A DNA stretch of 64,000 nt from an archaeon. Lineage in GTDB: Archaea > Iainarchaeota > Iainarchaeia > Iainarchaeales > GCA-2688035. The stretch lies in NCBI GenBank assembly GCA_035290965.1, contig DATDTD010000071.1:48155-112154 (forward strand), read 5' to 3'. This document shows positions 58,694-64,000 of the stretch, in pieces. Positions within the stretch are counted from its first letter, which is position 1. Every line of letters begins with the position of its first letter. A program made the position numbers and the translations under genes. The notes below the pieces were generated by a model. It did not search any database. It was not told where the DNA came from and worked only from the letters and a program-made list of their open reading frames with translations.

Positions 58694-61600
58694 ATAATAT
58701 TTCCAGCCTATAAAAAGATTGTAATCTACGCTAATTATTTTTTTTACTGGCCGTGGTAAAATAGAATAGGTTATGTTATAGTCCGGTCCTATGACTTTTT
58801 TTCCACCATATCCAACAATCCAGTCTATTGTTGGGGAGAGCACTTCAAAAGTTGTTACGTTAGAGTCTAATAATTGTCTATTAGAATCGTACAAATATGT
58901 AGTTACTTTATAGTTTCCCGACATTTTGTTTCCTTTATCCCAATAATTGAAAAGTGTTTGTGTATCTCCAGCAAAAAGTGTTGTAATATGATTGTGCAAA
59001 TTTGTGTTATTGTCTTGTGAATCTGTAATTACGCTGTTAATGTCTAAGTTTGTGTAGGTTACTCCTGAATTAAAGTTTGTAATCACAGGATAAATTCTTA
59101 CTCTTTCAGTTAGATAATACGCATTTTTGTCCGTTGAAATGTCACTAACTCCTATTCTGGTAACATTAACTAAAACAGTTTCATTGAAATCAGCATTATT
59201 AATGGAAGAAACAGTTAAAACAATTTCAAATAAGCCCGCTTGGCTTGTATTAATGTTCCAACTTGCATTGTTTGAACTTGATTCAAAAATATTTCCTAAA
59301 TTTACTGTTAAAGGGTTGGCAGTTGAAAGTCCTTGAGGAAGATGAATGGTAATGTTTGCATCGCGTAAAGGCGAGTTTTGAGTTGTTACAAGTGCATTCA
59401 AAGAAAAAGAGTTTGGATAATTTATTTCATACGGCGCTGAAACAGCTACACTTATTTGTGGAGAAACTTGTTGAATGTTTCCGTCAACAAAAATTGTTTT
59501 TATTGACTCGTTAGGATCGTTTGAACTAATATTAATATCACCAGAATAACCACCTAAAATAGGCAAAATATCAATAGTTGCAGTAAAAGTTTGCGATTCA
59601 TTTGGTTGCAGAGTTAGTGGGAAAGAAATGCCTGCAATGTCTATGGTCGGAGAAGAATTAATACTAAAAAGATTTAAATCAGCGTTTCCAGAATTAGTTA
59701 TAGTAAAATTTGATTCTAGAATTCTTCCTTTAGCCTGTCTTCCAATATCCCAGAGATAGGGTGAAAGTTCTATGTTTGGGGCTTTTATTGTAAATGTTCC
59801 TGAGTTATTATCTCCTGTTAAAACTCCGTCCGTTGCAATAACTTTGATTTTGTAAGTATTTTTTGGGTCAACCTCTTTGACACTCCAAGTATAATTTTTG
59901 TCAGTAACATCTAAGGCAATGGGATACCAGGAAGCTCCATTGTCAAAAGTATAAAGTAAGGAATAACTCAAGTTATTGCTGTCTGAATCGTTTGCACTCC
60001 ATTGTATTGAATTCGTATCAGTCCAAACATCGCCTTGTTTTGGATAGACCACAGTTACAGTCGGCGCAACAGAACTAACAATTCTTTCAACTTTTACATT
60101 GCCACCATATTTTCCAACAATTTTGTGAATATTTGAATTGTAATCGATTGCAAAATCAAAAGCAGTTGTATTAATGTCTTTTCCCCAATTCAAATCACCC
60201 AAAAAAGGAGGTCCAAAATTGACATCTCTTATCACTCCATTGTTACTATCTTTAAGTTCAATAGTATAATTTCCATCTGTAATTCCATAGGGATAACCGT
60301 CAGTTAAATAAAAGTCATAAAAGGAAATATCTCCGTTTGCGTCTATTATGCCTCTAATCAAAATTATTTGAGGGTCGATAGGTCCGTTAGGATCTAACTT
60401 CTTCAAAATTTGAGTATAAGACTCTTTTGAAGCCCATGAAAAACTGTCTGCATCCCCCATAAAGCTATGCCAAGACACAACAAAGCCATTAAACTGATTA
60501 GATGGTTCGCCTGTTTTTCTACTATCATTCTTGCGGACTGAGAAACCATTAATGTCCATATTTCCAATACAACTTTCAGGGTCAGAACCAGCTCCAAAAC
60601 AATTGTTCGGAAAAGGATTTCCGCATCCCCCTACACTACTTAATTGATTGTTTTCATCTATCCAAACACTTTGTTTATATTCATCGCAAAGATTGTAAGT
60701 GTGACCTAACTCATGTGCTGCAACGCCAGAAGCAAGGGAGGAATACTCAAGCAGAGCACTTTTAGTATGAGGGACAGTAAAGCCTCCTTCTGAATAATAA
60801 AAATGGTTAGCAAGCCAACCTTTTGGGACAACTAATATTCCTCTATCCACATTTAAGTGTCCTGAGTTAATCTGAGTGTCTAATGCGGAAAGCACTAAAG
60901 AGGGGCACCACCAAGGCAATACGCATCCAATCGAAGTAAGACCGGGGTCAAACGGGGTTTTTACTGGAACAATTTCAAGTTTATTTTTTGCTATTGGGTA
61001 AGTATCAAGCAAAAAGGTTGATAGAGTATTAACATCGTTTAGATACTTATCTAAATTAGGGTAATCGTATCTAAAAAATGCTACTCTTAATCTATCAGTG
61101 TTAATCACATTTACATCGACTGTTTTTGTGTTGTTGTTTTCGTTTGTTTCAGGGATTTGATTGGCATCGTCAACTATTGCAGTTATTTGGTATTTTCCTG
61201 GCGTTGAATATGGGCTTGGATAGAAATCGAGTGTATTAGAATCACTAATTGGTTCAGTTATATTATAGTCTTGTCCGTTGTATGTTAGTTTTGTTCTGAC
61301 TGTTGCTGGATTGCCTGTGTTTTTTACTTTTACTCTTACTACTGTTGCTTTGTCTGTTACTAGATTTACATCTTCTACTACTTGGATTGGTTTGATTGAT
61401 TCAATGTATAAATCGCCTCTAGCTACGCGATAGTTTATTTTATTCTGAATGTAGTTGCCATTGATTTGTGCTCTTATGCTGAAAGAATAATTTCCATCTG
61501 TTGAGGGCGCTTGAACAGAAAAAGAATAAGTTCCCGTACCAATCTGAGTTGCATTTTTTGCAGTCCAAGAATCAGGGTCTTTTAATTTATATTGAATTTG

Positions 61601-62632
61601 GCTTAATCCAGTTTCTGCAAAATCATTACCCGAACTATTCACTGCAAATTGAACATTCATATCTTGGCTCGGATAAAAAGAGCTATTCATCGTTGGAGAT
61701 GTTATTATAATGGAGAATGGCTCGTTGTAATATGTTCCTAAAACACCTTGGGTCGTTCCGGTGTAAATATTTCCATCATAAACAGCAAAAGCACTTTGCC
61801 GGTAAAAATTAAAAGCAACTGAAAAAATATTGCTTGTGCTATCATACGTCCAAACTTCACTATAATCCTCTCCAGTTCCAATATAAAGATTTCCATCATA
61901 AACTGTGAGAAAATTATTAAAGTTCCAGTATTGTGATTCCCTCCAAGTTAAAGAAGACCAGATGCCATTTTTATAAGTTCCAATATGTCCATATTGTCCA
62001 GCATAAAGATTTCCATCATAAACCGCAAGAGAACGAATTGCGCTTCCTTTATCTCCTAAATTAGCCCATATCCCACTAGCAGCATTATAAGTTCCAAAAA
62101 CGCCATCTTCGTTTCCAGTAAAGAGATTTCCATCATAAACCGCAAGAACATTAAAAAAGCTATTAACTACTCTAGTCCAAACTTTACCATCATAGGTTAG
62201 TAATCCACCATATTCAGGATGCCTCCAATTAGGATTTACCGATGCATAAAGATTTCCATCATAAACGACTAAATCTTCTATTTCATATCCTTGTAATATT
62301 CCTTCAGTCCAAATACCAGTAATATTGTCATAGGAACCCAAAACATTAGCGTCGCCCGGTCCCCCTAATCCACTACTTCCAACGAAAAGATTTCCATCAT
62401 AAGAAGCAAGAGCAGTAGTAGGGTAACCAGTGTATCCTTTTGGCACTAAAGAAGTCCAAACTCGTGAAGCACTGTTATAAGTTCCTAACCCGTTTTGTAG
62501 AGTGTAAAGGTTTCCATCATGAACTGCTAGAGAACTTATTCCAGTCCCAATATCTCCTAAAGAAGTCCAAGTTCCAGCATAACTGTTAAAAGAAAGAAGA
62601 ACCAGAAAAAATAAAATCAACATTCTTTTCAT
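58685..62632 (-). CDS. giant secreted multidomain metzincin-like zinc protease with N-terminal 7-bladed YDGNLY beta-propeller and CARDB/Ig-like domains (copy B)
   Basis: Signal peptide MKRMLILFFLVLLSFNSYAG. Seven (V/A)YDGN(L/I)(Y/F) repeats. CARDB-like block about 70% identical to copy A. HELGHTYNLCDE zinc motif. C-terminal module shared with copy A. Confidence 0.8.
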   Translation of the reverse strand: MKRMLILFFLVLLSFNSYAGTWTSLGDIGTGISSLAVHDGNLYTLQNGLGTYNSASRVWTSLVPKGYTGYPTTALASYDGNLFVGSSGLGGPGDANVLGSYDNITGIWTEGILQGYEIEDLVVYDGNLYASVNPNWRHPEYGGLLTYDGKVWTRVVNSFFNVLAVYDGNLFTGNEDGVFGTYNAASGIWANLGDKGSAIRSLAVYDGNLYAGQYGHIGTYKNGIWSSLTWRESQYWNFNNFLTVYDGNLYIGTGEDYSEVWTYDSTSNIFSVAFNFYRQSAFAVYDGNIYTGTTQGVLGTYYNEPFSIIITSPTMNSSFYPSQDMNVQFAVNSSGNDFAETGLSQIQYKLKDPDSWTAKNATQIGTGTYSFSVQAPSTDGNYSFSIRAQINGNYIQNKINYRVARGDLYIESIKPIQVVEDVNLVTDKATVVRVKVKNTGNPATVRTKLTYNGQDYNITEPISDSNTLDFYPSPYSTPGKYQITAIVDDANQIPETNENNNTKTVDVNVINTDRLRVAFFRYDYPNLDKYLNDVNTLSTFLLDTYPIAKNKLEIVPVKTPFDPGLTSIGCVLPWWCPSLVLSALDTQINSGHLNVDRGILVVPKGWLANHFYYSEGGFTVPHTKSALLEYSSLASGVAAHELGHTYNLCDEYKQSVWIDENNQLSSVGGCGNPFPNNCFGAGSDPESCIGNMDINGFSVRKNDSRKTGEPSNQFNGFVVSWHSFMGDADSFSWASKESYTQILKKLDPNGPIDPQIILIRGIIDANGDISFYDFYLTDGYPYGITDGNYTIELKDSNNGVIRDVNFGPPFLGDLNWGKDINTTAFDFAIDYNSNIHKIVGKYGGNVKVERIVSSVAPTVTVVYPKQGDVWTDTNSIQWSANDSDSNNLSYSLLYTFDNGASWYPIALDVTDKNYTWSVKEVDPKNTYKIKVIATDGVLTGDNNSGTFTIKAPNIELSPYLWDIGRQAKGRILESNFTITNSGNADLNLFSINSSPTIDIAGISFPLTLQPNESQTFTATIDILPILGGYSGDINISSNDPNESIKTIFVDGNIQQVSPQISVAVSAPYEINYPNSFSLNALVTTQNSPLRDANITIHLPQGLSTANPLTVNLGNIFESSSNNASWNINTSQAGLFEIVLTVSSINNADFNETVLVNVTRIGVSDISTDKNAYYLTERVRIYPVITNFNSGVTYTNLDINSVITDSQDNNTNLHNHITTLFAGDTQTLFNYWDKGNKMSGNYKVTTYLYDSNRQLLDSNVTTFEVLSPTIDWIVGYGGKKVIGPDYNITYSILPRPVKKIISVDYNLFIGWKYYSS

Positions 62633-62679
62633 TCAACCCACCCAAGACAATTTAATGTGTACTGTTAATGCTTTATTTT

Positions 62680-63147
62680 TTATTGGTTCAATTTTTCGTC
62701 CGGTATTCTTAGTCCCTGTGTTATTGTTTCAATGTCTTTGCTTGTTTGCAGGCTCGCTATGTTTTTTCTAATGTCGTTTTTGAATGCGACAAAGTTGTCT
62801 ATTGCTTTGTTTTGGAAAAAGAGAATTGTGTCTTGAATGTTACCTGTTTCCGCAAGCTTCTCCAAAATTTCTCCAAAAGAAACGCTTAGGACTGCTTGGA
62901 CATCTCTCTTGACTTCAAAAGAAGCAGTCAAATCATTCTTTTCAACTGACAAACAAGATGCATATACTTGAACTGTCTGGGAAGCAAAATCAGTAATCAC
63001 AGACTCGTTTCTGCAATCTAAAGATTCTGCTTTTGCATTCAAAACATCTACTTGGTCTTGCGCAATAGATTGTCCTTCTGTTAAACTAAAAGCCACTGGC
63101 AAAGACAACAACAGTATTAGAATACAAATTATTTTTTTTATGTGCAT
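62680..63147 (-). CDS. small secreted protein (155 aa)
   Basis: Signal peptide MHIKKIICILILLLSLPVAFS. Lies between protease B and the Thr-rich partner gene; its start overlaps the partner gene's 3' end. Confidence 0.5.
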   Translation of the reverse strand: MHIKKIICILILLLSLPVAFSLTEGQSIAQDQVDVLNAKAESLDCRNESVITDFASQTVQVYASCLSVEKNDLTASFEVKRDVQAVLSVSFGEILEKLAETGNIQDTILFFQNKAIDNFVAFKNDIRKNIASLQTSKDIETITQGLRIPDEKLNQ

Positions 63148-64000
63148 TGAAAAACCCCTCCGTCAGTTACACCACAATTGTATGGTGTGCCGTTTGGCGA
63201 ATACATTGTTAAATTTCCATCCGCCTTAATCACTGTCTTCATTCCAGCAATATCCCCCGTATTGTTTACTCTAAAAAAATTCTTATCTGCACTCGTGTTC
63301 CTGATTAAGAAAGAGTCTTCAAAAGAACCTAGTACATAATCATCGTCGTTTGTTGTTGTGTCTGTTATTGTTATGAACGGTTTGATATTGGAAATTGTTG
63401 GGTTTACAGAAAAAGTTTTTACACCGGAAACAGTTTGACTAGTGTTTAAAGTGCAAATATTGCTGACTGCAACACTGGTTGTTGGACCATTGGAAATATT
63501 GGCAAAATAACCCGTTGGAAAAACCAAGCTAGTGCTTCCAACAGAACTGGAACTAATCGGAACCATTAATTCTTCGCCAAAAGAAATAGCCTGTCCGTCC
63601 GGAATTAAAAGCCCAGAATTAAAACGGGTAGTAGAAGAAAAAGTCTTTACCACCGTAATTGTTTGGGTTAAGTTCCTGCCAATATCCAAAAAATAATTTT
63701 GCATGTTGGCATCAAAAACACTCCAAGAAGTCTGCCAATTAGTATCGCCGCTGCTGGAACCAAAAGAACCATTAATATCTTCCATGCCAATCTGGCCCTG
63801 TCCGCCTCTAAAATTGTTCGGACCATCAACAAGAGAACCGTTAACAGATAAGCATAGCCAATAGTCTTGGTTGTAATTGAGGTTTAATTGGTCTAAATCC
63901 CCTAACAATAGATTGAATGTGCTGTCTTGAATAGCGCCTGTGTAATTGTGGTCGAAAAAGACTCCGTCTAAGCAGGAGTTTTGATCAGAAATCTTTACTC
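63138..64000 (-). CDS. secreted Thr/Ser-rich adhesin-like protein (copy B partner), N-terminus beyond window end
   Basis: Shares QDYWLCLSVNGSLVDGPNNFRGGQGQIG and LLGDLDQLNLNYN with 12589..13434. The frame remains open to position 64000. Confidence 0.6.
   Translation of the reverse strand, partial: VKISDQNSCLDGVFFDHNYTGAIQDSTFNLLLGDLDQLNLNYNQDYWLCLSVNGSLVDGPNNFRGGQGQIGMEDINGSFGSSSGDTNWQTSWSVFDANMQNYFLDIGRNLTQTITVVKTFSSTTRFNSGLLIPDGQAISFGEELMVPISSSSVGSTSLVFPTGYFANISNGPTTSVAVSNICTLNTSQTVSGVKTFSVNPTISNIKPFITITDTTTNDDDYVLGSFEDSFLIRNTSADKNFFRVNNTGDIAGMKTVIKADGNLTMYSPNGTPYNCGVTDGGVFQCT
63787..64000. repeat. second copy of the ~210-bp near-identical repeat (see 13091..13302). Runs to the window edge.
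   Basis: Direct sequence comparison. Confidence 0.85.

Noticed and set aside
1-64000. CRISPR arrays and rRNA genes
   Set aside because: No regularly spaced direct repeats of 24-40 bp and no rRNA-like conserved stretches were seen. The only tandem short repeats are the TTGCAyTT…AGTC triplet and the twin palindromes, neither with CRISPR-like spacing.

Overview
Gene-dense window (~40% GC), almost certainly from a small-genome archaeon (DPANN-like). Evidence for archaeal origin: a form III-type RuBisCO, split PurL/PurQ, AT-rich TATA-box promoters close to start codons, an exported COG1750-type Lon-like protease, and a free-standing LAGLIDADG protein. (1) A very large purine / one-carbon / pyrimidine-precursor cluster occupies about half the window: carB, carA, purB, purC, purE, purL (with PurS-like N-terminal repeats), purQ, fused guaA, purM, glyA, guaB, folD, purN, purH, purA, purD, a 5-formyl-THF cyclo-ligase and cysS. 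A RuBisCO gene and a stand-alone MGMT domain lie next to it. (2) A UDP-sugar cluster: ugd, a UDP-xylose synthase-like gene, an epimerase and three sugar-1-P nucleotidyltransferases, one of them fused to a ribbon-helix-helix domain. (3) An exported Lon-like S16 protease with a coiled-coil/TM/SHOCT-like tail, and an SMC-headed ATPase whose coiled-coil midpoint carries a CxxC motif where a hinge would be expected. (4) A low-GC island (~52.7-58.3 kb) holding a single-chain Type IIG/IIL restriction-modification enzyme, an IS4/IS5-superfamily transposase with an N-terminal SWIM zinc finger, twin perfect palindromes and three tiny membrane proteins. (5) The most striking structure is a duplicated cassette at 8.6-13.4 kb and 58.3->64 kb. 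Each copy has a giant secreted metzincin-like protease (CARDB/Ig-like domains; copy B adds a 7-bladed YDGNLY propeller) sharing a conserved ~45-aa C-terminal module. Each copy also carries an upstream Thr-rich secreted protein, with near-identical nucleotide stretches between the copies, and a small convergent secreted protein. No rRNA, tRNA or CRISPR array was recognised.
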